Shown in pieces: positions 30,791 to 46,118 of a stretch of 64,000 nucleotides of DNA. The stretch comes from the human T2T-CHM13v2.0 reference genome, Homo sapiens, in assembly GCF_009914755.1 (NCBI RefSeq), contig NC_060927.1; one strand, written 5' to 3'. The first letter of the stretch is position 1. Every line of letters starts with the position of its first letter. Below the pieces are notes generated by a model, which was not told the DNA's origin, made no database searches, and saw nothing but the letters and a program-made list of their open reading frames with translations. The translations under genes were made by a program, and so were the position numbers.

Positions 30791-33440
30791 GGTTTTGGTA
30801 TCACGGTATTACTGGCCTTATTGAATAAGATTGAAGTATTCTACCTTCTTTTTTTTTTAGAATGGTTTGTGTAAGATTGCTATTATTTCTCCTTTAAATG
30901 TTTGGTAGAATTCAGCAGTGAAGCTGTCAGTTCCTGGGCTTTTCTTTCTTGGGATAGTTTTTATTGTGGCTTCAACCCCATTACTTGTTATTGGTCAGGT
31001 TTCGGATTACTTCACAGTTCGATCTTGGTAAGTTATATGTGTCTAGGGATTTGTCTATTTCATCTAAATTTTCCAATTTATTGGTATATAATTGCTCAAA
31101 GTAGCCACTAATGATCCTTTGAAATTCTTCAGTATCAGTTTTAATGTCTCATTTTTCATCTCAGATTTTATTTATTTGTATCTTCCCTCTTTTTTTCTAA
31201 CTTAATCTGGCTATAGCTATGTCAATTTTGTTTATAATTTTCAAAAAAATCAACTTTTTGTTTCATTAGTCTTTTGTACTGTTTTCATTTCAATTTTATT
31301 CATTTCTGCTCTGATCTTTATGATTTATTTTCTTGTACTAATTTGGGGTTTGGTTTGCTCTTGCTTTTCTAGTTCTTTAAGATGCATTGTTAAGTTGTTT
31401 ATTTGAAGCTTTTCTTTTTGATGTAGGCACTTATAGCTACAAACTTTCCTCTTAGTACTGCTTTCACTGCATCCCATAGATTTTGGTATGTCATGTTTCC
31501 ATTATCAAATTTTTCAATTTTCTTTTTAATTTCTTCATTGATCCACTGGTCATTGAGGAGCACATTACTTAATTTCCTTGTATTTATAGTTTCCAAAACT
31601 CCTCTTGTTATTGATTTCTAGTTTTATTTCATTGTGGTCAAAGATGCTTGATATTACTTCAATTTGTTGAATGTTTTAAGACTTGTTTTATGATATAACA
31701 TAAGGTCTTTCATTGGGAATAATCCATGTGCTGAGGAAAAGAATGTGTATTCTGCAGCTCTTGGATGAAATGTTCCGTAAATGTGTATTATGTCCATTTG
31801 GCCTATAGTGCACATTAAGCCCAATGTTTCTTTGTTGATTTTCTGTCTGAAAGATCTGTTCAGTATTGAAGGTAGGGTGTTGAAGTCTTCAACCATTATT
31901 GTATGTGAGTCTCTCTCTCTCTTTAGCTCTAATCATATTTGCTTTATATATCAGGGTGCTCCTATGTTGGGTGCATAGAAAGTTGCATTTGTTATATCCT
32001 CTTGCTGAATTGACCTCTTTATAATTATATATTGACTTTGTCTTTTCTTATATTTTGCTCTTCAAATCTATTTTATCTGATATAAGTGTAGTGACTCATG
32101 CTCTCTTTTGGTTTCCATTGGCATGAAATATGTTATTCCAATCCTTTATTTTCCATTTATTTTTGTGTTTTAAGTAAAGTGTGTTTCTTGTAGGCAGCAG
32201 CTCAATGAGTCTTGTTTTCTTTTATCCATCCAGCCAGTGTATGTCTCTTGAATGGAGAGTTTAATCCATTTGCATTCAATGTTATTAAAGATAAGTAAAA
32301 ACTTATTCTTGTTACTTTATTTTTTTTCTTGTGGTCTTCTCTTTTTTCTTTCTTTTTCTCCAGGCTTCTTTTTTATGAAGGTGATTTTCTGTGGTGATAT
32401 GATTTAGTTTCTTGCTTTTTATTTTTTATGAGTCCATTGTATGTTTTCTGGTTTGAGTTTACCATAAGGATTGTGAATACTATTTTATAATCCACTATTT
32501 TAAGCTGATAACAATTTAACACTGTATGCATAAACAAACAAGTAAAAAGAAAACTAATGAAAGCTCTATGCCTTAATTTTGTCCCCACACTTTGTAACTT
32601 TTTGTTGTTTCTATTTATATCTTATTGCTCTATGTTTGAGAAGTTTTGTAGTTATTTTTATTGGATCATTGTTTAGACTTTCTACTTAGAATAAGAATAG
32701 TTTACACACAACAGTTACGTTGTTATAGTATTTTGTGTTTTTCTATGTACTCACTATTACCAGTAAGTTTTGTACCTCCAGGTGATTACTTATTGTTCAT
32801 TAAAGTCTTTTTCTTTCTGGTTGAAGTACTCCCTTTAGCATTTCTTATAGGACACGTCTGCTGTTGGTGAAATCCCTTGGCTTTTTGTTGTTGTTGTTGT
32901 TGTTTGAGGAAGTCTATTTCTCCTTCACGTTTGAAGGATATTTTTGTCAGATATGCTATTCTAGGCTAAAACTTCTTTTTTTTTCCTTCAGCACTTTATG
33001 TCATGCCACTCTCTACCGGTCTGTAAGGTATCTACTGAAAAGTCTGCTGCCAGATGTATTGGAGCTCCAATATAAGGTTTTTTTTTTGGGGGGTGGGGCT
33101 GCTTTTTTATCCTTTCTTTATCCTTGGCCTTCGGAAGTTTGATTATTAAATGCCTTGAGGTAGACTTCTTTGGGTTAAATCTGCTTGGTGTTCTAAAGTC
33201 TTCTTGTACTTGGATTTTGCTATCTTTTTCTAGGTTTGGGAAGTTCTCTGTTATTATCCCTTTGAATAAACTTTCTGCTTCTATCTCTTTCTTTAGTTTC
33301 TCTTTAAGGACAATAAGTCTTAGATTTGCCCCTTTGAGGCTATTTTCTAGGTTCTGTAGGCATGGTTTATTGCTTTCTTCTTTTTCCTTTTGTTTCCTCT
33401 GACTGTGTATTTTAAAATAATCTGTCTTTAAGCTCACTAA

Positions 33441-33767
<327 letters not shown>

Positions 33768-36027
33768 AACTCTGATGCATTTTCAATATGCCACCTGCAT
33801 TTTTTAGCTCCAGAATTTCTGCTTGGTTCTTTTTAATCATTTCAATCTCCTTGTTAAATTTATCTGATAGAATTCTGAGTTCCTTCTCCGTATTATCTTG
33901 AATTTCTTTGAGTTTCTTCAACAAAGCTATTTTGAATTCTCTGTCTGAAATGTCACATATCTCTGTTTCTTTGGGAGTAGTTCCTGCTGCCTCATTTAAC
34001 TCATTTGGTGATGTCATGTTGTCCTGGATTATTTTGATACTTGAGATGTTCAATTGTGTCTGCACTGAAGACTTGAATATTTATTGTAATCTTTGCAGTC
34101 TAGGCTTATTTGTACCTGTTTGTCATGAGAAGCCTTTCCAGATATTTGAAATTACTTAGGTGGTGTGATCTAAGCTGTATTTGCTTTAGAGTGCACCCCA
34201 AGCTCAGCAACATTGTGGTTCTTATAGACCCATAGCATACCACATTAATGGTCTTGGACAAGATCCTGGAGGAATATCTGGATTACCAGGAAAAGCGTCA
34301 CATTCTCTTTCCTTACTTTCTCCCAAACAAACAGAATTTTTCCTCTCTGTTCTGAGACCCTGATGCTAGGGGTGGAGTGACACACCCCTGTGGCCACCAC
34401 CACTATGACAGCACTGGGTCAAACCTGAATCCCGCACACTACTGGATCTTACCCAAGGCCTGCTGTAATCACTCCCTGGCAACTGCCTATGTTCACTCAA
34501 GGCCCTGGACCTCCACAAGAACTATTCAGGTCTGTGTTTTTCCTTTTAGAGTGGCAAGCTTTCCCGGGCCCTGGGCAAGTCCAGAGGAGTTGTTCAGGAG
34601 ACAAGGACTAGAGTCAAAAACCTTAGAACTTGACCACTTGTTCTACTGTATTGTGGATGAGCTTGCACTCAAACCACAAGAGAGAGTTTATTTTCACTTC
34701 TTCCTTCAATTTACGAGGCAGAGGAGCCTGAACCTGTGGCCATTGCCACCATAGGACTATGGGGACTATTGCTGATGTTCCTTTAAGGCCCAAAGTGTTC
34801 TTCAGTCAGCTTGTGCTGAGTTCCGCCTCATCTAGCATTCACTTTTTAGGGCAGTAGGCTCCCCTCTAACAGAAGGCAGGTCCAGCATCACCATCTGAGA
34901 GCCAAGGCTTAGAATCAGGTACTCCAAGAGCCTTCTTGGTGCTTTATTCCCCCGTGGCTGAGCTGGTACCTAAGGTGCAAGACAAAAATCCCCTTTACGT
35001 TTACCTATGCTTTTCTCAAACATAAGTAGGCTCTCTCCATAGCCACCACAACTGGGAATGTGCTGAGTCTCATTTGAAGCCAGCAAGTCTCAGAGTCTCA
35101 CCCAAGGCCCTCGACATAGTACCTGGGTATTGCTGCTGGTTATTCAGTGCCCAAGGACTTTTCAGTTATCAGGTGATGTATACCACCAGGACTTGGTCCT
35201 TCCCTTCAAGGCAGCAGGTTCTCTTCTGGCCCAGGGTGTGTCTGGAACTGTTGTCCAGAAGATAGGCCCTGGAAAGGCAGCCGTATGACTCTGACCTATG
35301 CCCTATCCTGCTGTGACTGAGCTGGTATTCAAGATGAAAGACAAAGTCCTCCCTATTCTTGCCTCTCCTCTCCTTAAGCAGAAGGAGAGGGTATCTTTTG
35401 GAGCTATAAACTGTGCAGCCTGAGGTTAGGGGAGAGGTGATGCTAGCTTGCTAGCTCTCCTTTAGCTCCTCTCCCAACCCCCAAGCAACCAAGTTCACTG
35501 TCTCTTGACCCAGTTCAGTACTAGAACTTTCCTAGGAGTTGCAGTTCTTGTGGCCTAAACTGCCTTTCAAGTTTATTTGAGGCATGAGAGCTCTTTAGCT
35601 TGTGATGGTGAGGCTTGCAGGAACTCAAATTCTGACTATTGGAATCAGCAAGTCTCCTCTGGCTAGGGCTTGTTTGCTCCCTCTGTGGACAGGCATCAGA
35701 TATATTTTAACTGCTTTTCCTTTCTGCTATAACAGAACAGCACTGAGTTCAATGCCTCACAATTGCTACACTCTCCCTCCCGCAGTGCACAGAAATGTTC
35801 CCCACACCACATCACAGCTGCTAAGGAGTGGGGGAGGGGTGGTGTCTCCATTCAAGACTGTTTTTTCTACTTCTTCAGAGTCTTTATTAGTTATACAAAA
35901 CTAACGCCAGGTACTGTGAGAACTCACCTCATTTTTGGTTCTCATGAACTTGCTTTTGTTGTGTAGACGGTTGTTAAATTGGTGTCTTTGTGGGGGCGGG
36001 GGACTATCCTGTAGTAGCTTCTGTTCT

Positions 36028-36036
36028 GCCATCTTG
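36028..36036 (-). promoter_or_regulatory. YY1 site at the L1 5' terminus
   Basis: gccatcttg is CAAGATGGC on the minus strand, about 13 nt inside the L1 5' end, which is the canonical position of the L1 YY1 site. Confidence 0.7.
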
Positions 36037-37099
36037 CTCTGCCTCCTCTTTCTACTGCAAACTCTAATGGCGTGATTTTTAACCAGATGAAAGACAGGTC
36101 AAGATAAGTTAACCTCATTGAATCTGGGGACTAATGGCTAACTGTAGAGGAAAATTTCTCACTCACTCTCTCACTTTTCAAAAAATTCTGAATTACAGAT
36201 ATTGTTTACTTTTGGATATACTATTAAATTTCAGTGTGGCTATATAGATATTTTTATTATTTCTTCCTCCATTAAAACAGTAATGCCTTCCTATTTTTGT
36301 TGATAATATTTTTTACTCAATTACTGACAATGTAATATAATTTTTATTCAATTAATTTATAAATAGAAATGTTTTCCAGTTACAGCTGCAGTTGAAAATG
36401 ACCAATCAAAAATGACAACTGGCCCTAATATATGTTATATTATATATTTTAATTTTAAAATTATGTATGTATATAAATATTTTATATTATTTTATATTAC
36501 TTTTTAATACTTAATTAGATGACCTCCATAAGATCACCACAGACTGTCCTTTCCTAGGATTCAAAATATCCTTCTTTTTTCCTACTTGTGGAGACATTTA
36601 TTGAATGGCTCCTTAAAAATAAAATGAAATTTTCATCACTGTAATCTTATGTTGGACATCAGCAGGCTCCTGTATGTATAAACTTATGTAAGTATACATG
36701 TGCATATGCATGTATACATTTATAAAACTGGTGTCCTAGCTTTATTCTTTTACAGTCCGAAGGTATCACCAAGATGATGTTGATAAATAGTGCTTCAGAT
36801 TTACATTTACATTAAGTATGTTTAGTCAAAAAATAAACCCTATTTTTTTCTTGATCGTCTCATTTTAAAACACACTGTTTACATTATAGAGAATATTGAA
36901 TCCAGTATGACTACAGCTGCAACAAGAAATTGTACTAAGTATCGAGTTTTTCACCCCTCTTCAGCAATGTCAGGAAAGTTCTATTTATTAGAATATTATT
37001 CATAAATGTCATAATTAAAATTATGTTAAAATTTATCTATGAAATTTAGTTTTGTATTGGCCAGAAATTAATTACCTTAATTTTAAAAATTATTCTCTT

Positions 37100-37508
37100 C
37101 AATATTGTTTGGATCTGTGTGCCCACCCAAATCTCATGTGAAATTGTAATCCCCAGTGTTGGAAGTGAGGCCTGGTGGGAGGTGACTGGATCATGGGAGT
37201 GAAGTTCTTGTAACTGATTTAGTAACATCCCCCTTGGTACTGTATAGTGAGTGAGTTCACACAAAATCTGGTTATTTAAAAATGTGTGGCACTTGCCCCT
37301 TGTTCTCTCTTCCTCCTGCTCCATCCATGTAGGACGTGCCTGCTTCCCCTTCACTTTGCACCATGACTGAAAATTTTCTGCATCCTTTCCAGAAGCCATC
37401 ATTCTTCCTGTACAGCTTGTGGAACTGTGAGCCAATTAAACCTCTTTTCTTTATAAATTACCCAGTCTTACATATTTCTTTATAGTAGTGCAAGAATGGA
37501 CTAATATG
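37100..37508 (+). mobile_element. MSTA (ERVL-MaLR) solo LTR
   Basis: 'gtttggatctgtgtgcccacccaaatctcatg...gaactgtgagccaattaaacctcttttctttataaattacccagtc...gaatggactaata'. 5-bp TSD ctctt / ctctg. Confidence 0.92.
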
Positions 37509-37557
37509 CTCTGCATGCTAATAATATTCAGCAGCCAATTTCTGGAAAAACACAACT

Positions 37558-37685
37558 AGCTGTAATTTTTTTAAGGAATGTGACTTGTTATGTTAATCTT
37601 ATAATACTACATAAATACCAAAGCTGTAATTTTTTTAAGGAATGTGACTTGTTATGTTAATCTTATAATACTACATAAATACCAA
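37558..37685. repeat. Perfect 64-bp tandem duplication
   Basis: agctgtaatttttttaaggaatgtgacttgttatgttaatcttataatactacataaataccaa occurs at 37558-37621 and 37622-37685 with no mismatch. Confidence 0.97.
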
Positions 37686-38772
37686 ATGATAAAGAATAAT
37701 TACTTTCCAGTACTTAAAAAACCGATTGGGCTAAATGCCCTTATACTGGTTGGACTTACTACACTTGTTCTTTTCTAAACTTAGAGCTAATTTTCTCTCA
37801 CACTTTGGAGAAATATACCTAAAAAGTTTACCAAAATTAGGTAATAGCCCCTGTGGCTTTGTATCGAATACAAATGCCTGTGGCTTTGTGTGTTTATGCT
37901 AAGATAACATCTCACCACAGTCTGCCCTGTAGGAAGGGTTTTATTCCATTTGGTGTTTTAATACTTACACACTGTTAATGTTTAAATTCACCAAACTTCT
38001 TGTCGTCTATGTGCCCACTGAAGTACCAAGGAGAAGCCAAAGATACTGACTTCCATGTTTCTACCATCACTTGGGAGTCCCTGTATTAGAATCCTCCCTC
38101 TAAAATGACCTTTACGTGGTGATATCAGTAAAGAAATTCACATAGATTCTGTTAGGCAACTTTTTTGTGGGTTTGTTGTTGTTGTTGTTATAATCTTAAC
38201 CTAGATTTCTGCAACAGTGCTGGGAAAAGTAGATTCATGTTAGATTTTTATAGAACAAACAGGCAGAGGTTTATGTGCTGGCTAACACTTCTTGTTGCAT
38301 TTGGCTAAATGCATTACAATAAGTCAAGGAATGTCTAGATATAATTCAAGAGCACACCAATTGGTTGTCCAAGATGGGACAAAGTAGTTCACAGGATCTT
38401 TTCCTATGACTAGGACTTGTCATATCAAGCAGTTTACAGATGTTCTATGAACATTTGTTGTTTTCCTAATGATTAATCTTAACAAGTATATTTTTAAAGC
38501 ATCTTTAATGGTGTTGAACAGGTGTCATCCTGTTTTATATATCAGAGTATTCTACATCAAAAGGAGACTTAAGTGATTGAGAAAAACATAGTGGAATCCG
38601 GAAAGAATGACACCTGAAACAAAGATGGTGAGTATAATAACCCATCTATCCTGTGTGTGGTTGTTTTTTCTCAGAATGAGGGAGAAGCTATAAAGCAAAT
38701 ATCTTTATCTTTATTTACAATAACTCATAAGTAATATAAACACTGACTTGGCTCTTATTATAACTGTATCTA

Positions 38773-39225
<453 letters not shown>

Positions 39226-40311
39226 CTATACATTCAATTTGTCCTATCCTGAAGGCAAATTTTCAATGCTTAATTAGCATAAACAATATACACTCCCTTG
39301 TTTTGGAACTTAAAATACTCTGACTTCTCTCCTTTAGTAAACTACTCAGTGAATTTATTCAATGGCATGTGCTCCCTTGCCAAGCATGCTAATAAATGCA
39401 GCTCTGTAATTTTTTTAATTGCAAAAATAAGACAGTTTGTCTACAGAAAGTACAACCATTTCTCTTCTGGAATTGAACAATTTTCCTATTAATATGTTAA
39501 TATTTCTGGGTCCAGGCAAGGGTTGCCCTGTCCCAGATGGTACACAACCTAACTTTAGACTTCTATGCATCCACTTTTTAAAAATTTTTGAATTACGGAA
39601 AGGTAATTCACATATGTACATGTTTGTGGTGATTTGAGGATAGAGGAGGTGAGGGAGAGCAAGAGTCAAATGAAGAATATAATTTGAAGGCATTACATAA
39701 ATAATTACATTATTTTATATTTTGTTTCTTGGTAGCAGCATTCTGTTTCTATTATAAGGTGTTTTAAAGTGGCTGAGCCTCTCATTTTAAGATTCTTTCT
39801 TGCCTTTATATAAAAAACAAAGAGACCAATGATTTTCTGTGCTTATTTTAATATCTCATATTGACATTCAATTCTTATTTTAATTAGGAAACATAATATT
39901 GTAAACTATGGTGTACAGTGTTTCAATATTTAATTCATTTAAAAAAGATACCTTTTTACGAGTGGTAATGAAAATACACGTGACTAAAAGCAGAGCACTG
40001 ATAATTTTGGGGGGAAAAAACTTAAATTTATTAAGGAAAGAAAGAAATTGAACCAGGCCATTGTTTTAATATGCACATAATTAACTGTAGAACTTTATAT
40101 TGTGAAATTTAATTAAACACGTTCTAGCCATTTGGGTTTTGAAATGCTAGGTAAAATACTAAGTTAAAGATGTGAGGAATCAATATTATCCTTCTGGCAT
40201 TTTTGTTTCAGCTACATAATAACTTTTTTAGTAGGTGTGTAAAAAAGCTCCTGATATTTTTGCCTTGATCTAAAGGAAAATATGTTCTATAAAGGGTAAA
40301 TCTATTAATTA

Positions 40312-40461
<150 letters not shown>

Positions 40462-40868
40462 TCAAAATTTTTATCTGTTTCATTAACTGAAAAATAATTT
40501 CGAATACAAAAGCCATTTTCTCTAACTACACAGTACAGCATTATTTTCTTTATTTATTCTTTATTATTTGTTATTAGCTCGCTTTGCCTGAAAAGAGATT
40601 TTAATAAAATCTTTACAGATTATGTGAAAATGCAAATAATGTATATATAATTTATATAACGTATAACATATAAAATGGAAAATGAGTTTATATATTGTAT
40701 TATGTATAATTACATTACATATATTTTCTTTAGTTTTCAAGAGGATATGTAGATATTATGCTCTTTTCTTGACCCACTTTAAAATAACACAAATTTCATT
40801 TAATGGTCTCATTTACATATATAGTTATATAACAGATAATTATTTCTGATAAAAATTATATATGACTA

Positions 40869-41564
<696 letters not shown>

Positions 41565-43879
41565 AATACATTTTAATGGGAAACAACATTAAGTCATTGT
41601 TTCAGCCACTTACCTTGAAAGCAGTTTATTAATTGTGTTGTAAAATAGAAAGATGATTCAGATAATTCCTGCTTTCAAGTAGTTTGCAAAGTATATGCAT
41701 GTGTTAGGAGAAAGGGGTGTGTAGGTAGGAATAGCGTGAGGCAGTGAACCACTAATGGTCTATATACTTCAAGAACTTTGAAATTCTGATTTATTTGGAA
41801 GTGTATTGTTAAAAAATACAGATTGTGAACAGTAAAAACTATTAAATTACAATGTTTTAAGACACATATTTTTGTTCCTGGTATAAAGGCATAATAAGCA
41901 ATATATATAACTGTGGTTTTCTTTTTAAACTTTTAGAATGCTAAGCTACAGTCATTAAACTAACAAAAAATTTTAAGTAATTTCATGTATACTGAAAATA
42001 GGGACTGGCAACTCTTTTAATATATACTTTTCAGTTAGAAATCTTTGAAATTAATTAAACTTTGTAAGATATTACTTTGGAGGAGAAAATTTAGTGACTA
42101 ATTTTAAGCTAGTACAAAAATAAAAATATTTAAACCTTTTTGCAGACATTACAATATCCCTTGTAATTTAGGATATATTTAGGTTTGAAATGTTCACAAT
42201 GCTTGGACATTGGAAAAATATTTGAAAGTTTACATAAAGTGTTTCACTTTCATGTAAAAATGGCTTTTAAAAAGGTCAGTCACTATAATCACAATTTTTT
42301 GGTGAATAATAGAACTTCTATAAAGGGTCAAAAAAGATTAGATGTGGAAGAAAGATGTTAAATATCATACCAAATTATCCATTTTTATGGTCTTTTAAAA
42401 AATAACAAAATGTTGTTTTAAATCTTACTTATATAAAATAAAAACTCTAAATTCCAGAAAAAATTTTTCTTGATAAATAAATTTTTGGTAATTTAAAATT
42501 TAGACCATGAATTTTAATCCTTATAGAAAGAGTCCTAGATCTGATTTTCCTTTTTTATTCATGGAATAATACCAAAATCACTGATTTACATAAATTTACA
42601 TTTTTTCCTATGTGTCTTATCAAATGTCTATACAATTTAGTATTTTGAAATGCTTTTTAGTTCACAAATGCTCTATAAATCTAAATCTGCTTTAGAAATA
42701 GGGGGCATTGATTGAGACAATAAAATATGAAACATTTAATTATTTCCTAATGAAATCCAGAGAAAGTGAATACACCGTAATGAGTAAATAAAATATTGAG
42801 TTTGAAGTAAATCAAAATCAAAATTAAACGTTTTCCTCTTTCCTCTCCTTCTTTTCTTAGTCCGCCTCTCTTTCTTTGTCTTCTTATTTCATATTGGCTT
42901 GTTTATTACTAAGAAGACAAAATCTAGTCACAAGTCAATTTTCACATTATTATCAACATCAGCAATATTCATGATTAAAAACCATGTAACTTAAGTGGCT
43001 GGAACATCATAATAAAAAATTTAGGGCTGGCACATTATAAACAAGGATTAAACTTGATTAGCAAATTTTAACTTATTTAAAATTTGAGAGGATAAAGACC
43101 TTTATGGTAGGCAATGTATTTGCTTTACAATTGATTAATTAAAACATAATTATATTGTAGAACAGTCATAATGCTCAAACAATGTAAGTTTCTTAGAATT
43201 GTAACCTCAACCAAAATGCAGGCTTCTAACTCAATGTACTTATTGTGAAGGGGATCAATATATATTTTGTATGAATTCAGAGATACAAAGAAAGAATAAT
43301 GCTGCCACCAATGTTTCTTTTCATGCCTCATGGTGTCTGAAAGTCCACAAATATAATGATAATAGCAATGTTGATTGTCATTCTCTAAGTGTAAATATTT
43401 TTTATGAGAAAGGGAAAAAATAATCAAATTCTGAATGAGAGAAGAAAAGGAAATGTGTAGAAAAGAGAAAAAGAAAGTGGAGGCTTGATACTAAATTCAC
43501 AGGTCAAATATTGATGTGACGTTTTCTTTAAACAAGATAAAAATTAATTTTAGAAATAAAGAACCCTAACTTGTAGAAAGAGTTTTATTATTATTTTTTC
43601 TTCTTTATAGTGGTAACATTTTGTGTTTTGGACACTGTGAACATAATGGAAAGACTACCATAATATATTATGGTTTTAATTATATTTTATAAAGAAAAAT
43701 GAATCGATTGACCTTTCCAGATTCTTATGTAGAGAGTAAATATAAAGTCCTCTTTATTCATACTACAATGATCATACTATATAATAATATGTATAAAAAG
43801 TGTCTTAATTCATAATATCAACAATAGGTCACATAGTATTTATCCATTGACCTCAGCTGATGGCATTTAAATAATACAT

Positions 43880-44590
43880 GTAAAATACGGTAATATAGAG
43901 AAGTGAAGATAAAAGAACAAGGGCAAATATATAGCAGAAATGTAAATAAAAGAAAAAAATAGAGTTGGCAAATGTATAGCAGGCATGGTAAAAATCAAGG
44001 CCAAAAAATAAATGAGTAAATAAGTATATATTAGTAGGATTTTAAATCCTCAATATTAATAAAGCTTACAATTCTCGTAACTATTTTTCAGAGAAATATC
44101 TTCATTCTTGTAGAATTTCATGCAACTTTATTATTTCTTAAATAAAAATAGAGCAGAAATAAATAAGGACATTGAGGACCTTATTCATATAACTATGTAG
44201 TAAGAATACAGTTGATTTAAAACATATGTAACCTTAGAGACAGATAATTTACTTTTTGCCAAAGAAAAATAATGTGTTAAAAATGTGTTACATTAGTTAT
44301 CACCCCAATAAAGCTTATTAAATTTGTATTTAATAAATATATAAATATGTAAAATAGGGAACTGTATAATCTATGTTTACAAAATAAAAATTTATGTCAA
44401 GATTTCGAATGATCAAATAGACATATCAACTAAAAAGATTATCTAATACTTAAGATAGTTTGTGAATATTTATAACGTACACATATGTATAGAGATATTA
44501 AAAACAAGTTTCTCCAAAGCAAATCTCTGTGTGCAGGGGCAAAGCAAATTTGCAAGTACAAATGTTTAAAAGAAAAGGTAAAAAATATAC
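43880..44590 (+). mobile_element. Ancient L1M ORF2 endonuclease-region relic (continues after the Tigger element)
   Basis: 'gaagataaaagaacaagggcaaatatatagcagaaatgtaaataaaagaaa...gagcagaaataaataaggacattgaggacc'. Very diverged. Confidence 0.5.
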
Positions 44591-44593
44591 ACA

Positions 44594-45044
44594 CAGTTGA
44601 CCTTGAACAACATGAGTCTGAACTGCACAAGTCCACTTACATGTGGATTTTCTTCCACCTCTGTCAATCCAGAGACAGCGAGACCAACAGCTCCTTTTCC
44701 CCTCCTCCTACTCCTCAGCCTACTCAATGTGAAGATGACAAGTATGAAAACCTTTGTGATGATCAACTTCCACTCAATAAGTAGTAAATATATTTTCTCT
44801 CTTATGATTTTCATTTTCTTTACACTAGCTTACTTTATTATAATAATATAGCATATAATAAAAATATTATTCATAAAATATGTTAATCAAATGTTTACAT
44901 TATTGGTAAGGTCCAGTCAAGTAGGCTTAATTAGTCAACTTAATCAGTAGTTAAATTTTGGGGGATTCAAGAGTTACAGGCAGATTTTCAACTGTGCAGG
45001 GGTTGGTGCCCCTAACCCCCAGATTGTTTTTCCAGAGTCAACTG
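44594..45044 (+). mobile_element. Tigger2a (MER28) DNA transposon
   Basis: TIRs cagttgaccttgaacaac ... gagtcaactg, with internal 'cctcctcctactcctcagcctactcaatgtgaagatgac'. Confidence 0.9.
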
Positions 45045-45399
45045 TTTATGCAAACATAGATGATATTTCCAAATTTGCATTCAGAGGCAAATTTACTAGT
45101 AAATACTTTTACACTAAAACAAGAAAAAGCCAGTTTACAATAATTTTTAAAGCATAAATAAAATAAAATAAATATAAGAGAAGTGAATATATTCCTGATG
45201 CGAATGAACCAGCAAACAAAAGCAGCTATTTGGAAGAAAGACCCTACCTCAGAAATGAAATTATTATGTTGATGCCATATAATATTCTTACAATCTAGAC
45301 TCTAAGAAGACAAAGGTAAAAAAGAATAACTCGTGAATATAGTAAAAGATTATACATTTATGAATCAATAACCAGAACATATCAGTTTCTCATTTAAAA

Positions 45400-45685
45400 T
45401 TACTAAATGGCTTTACTCAGAATATAATTTAAATTCTTTAGCATGATGCACAAGACACTTCATCTCTGGTTCCTGCTTATCTGGCTTCTCTCCACTTTGC
45501 CTTCACATTGAGATTCAGTGCAGGTATCTTCTCTTCTTAAAAGCTTTCCATGGTCCTGGGCCCTGACTCCACTTCACTGTGAGTAAGCAGACCCTGTCAT
45601 TTTCATCTGTGCAGCTCTAGCTGCTAGTGCAGTTCCTGGCTCACAGTAGCAGCATATAGGCTCTGTAAATGTTATCAAATTAGTT
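45400..45685 (+). mobile_element. L2 fragment including the 3' tail
   Basis: 'cagaccctgtcattttcatctgtgcagctctagctgctagtgcagttcctggctcacagtag'. Confidence 0.6.
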
Positions 45686-46118
45686 GACAAAAAAGACTTT
45701 TTAAAAGATAAATTATATTTCTATTAGGTATCTTGTTATACATCTGATAAGATGTCCTGAAAACATTCAGAAACTAGTTAACTGTCAACTACCTAGGAAA
45801 GATAACCCATTTAAAACCACCACAAATGTCTATTTATAATTTTTTTTCTCTTTCCATTTTTTATATTTTTGTGGGTAATTGCTATTAGGAATATTTCACA
45901 TTAATTTTCATTAATAAACATTTTGCAAACCAGTCACCCTCCCCACCCACAAAATACTTATGTTGGCTTTAACAAAAATGTTAAGTGGTGTTTTGGAGAG
46001 GGGATTATACCAGCATTACTCATACTGATTGTAATTTTGACAACATATTAATCTCGTACTACGGATGCAAGTACATTTTCCACTCTGTAGGAAAAGAAAC
46101 TGTTTGAAAATTCTGCAA

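Noticed and set aside
37558-37685. Repeat pair as a CRISPR-like array or minisatellite
   Set aside because: Only two directly adjacent copies, no spacers, and a eukaryotic context.
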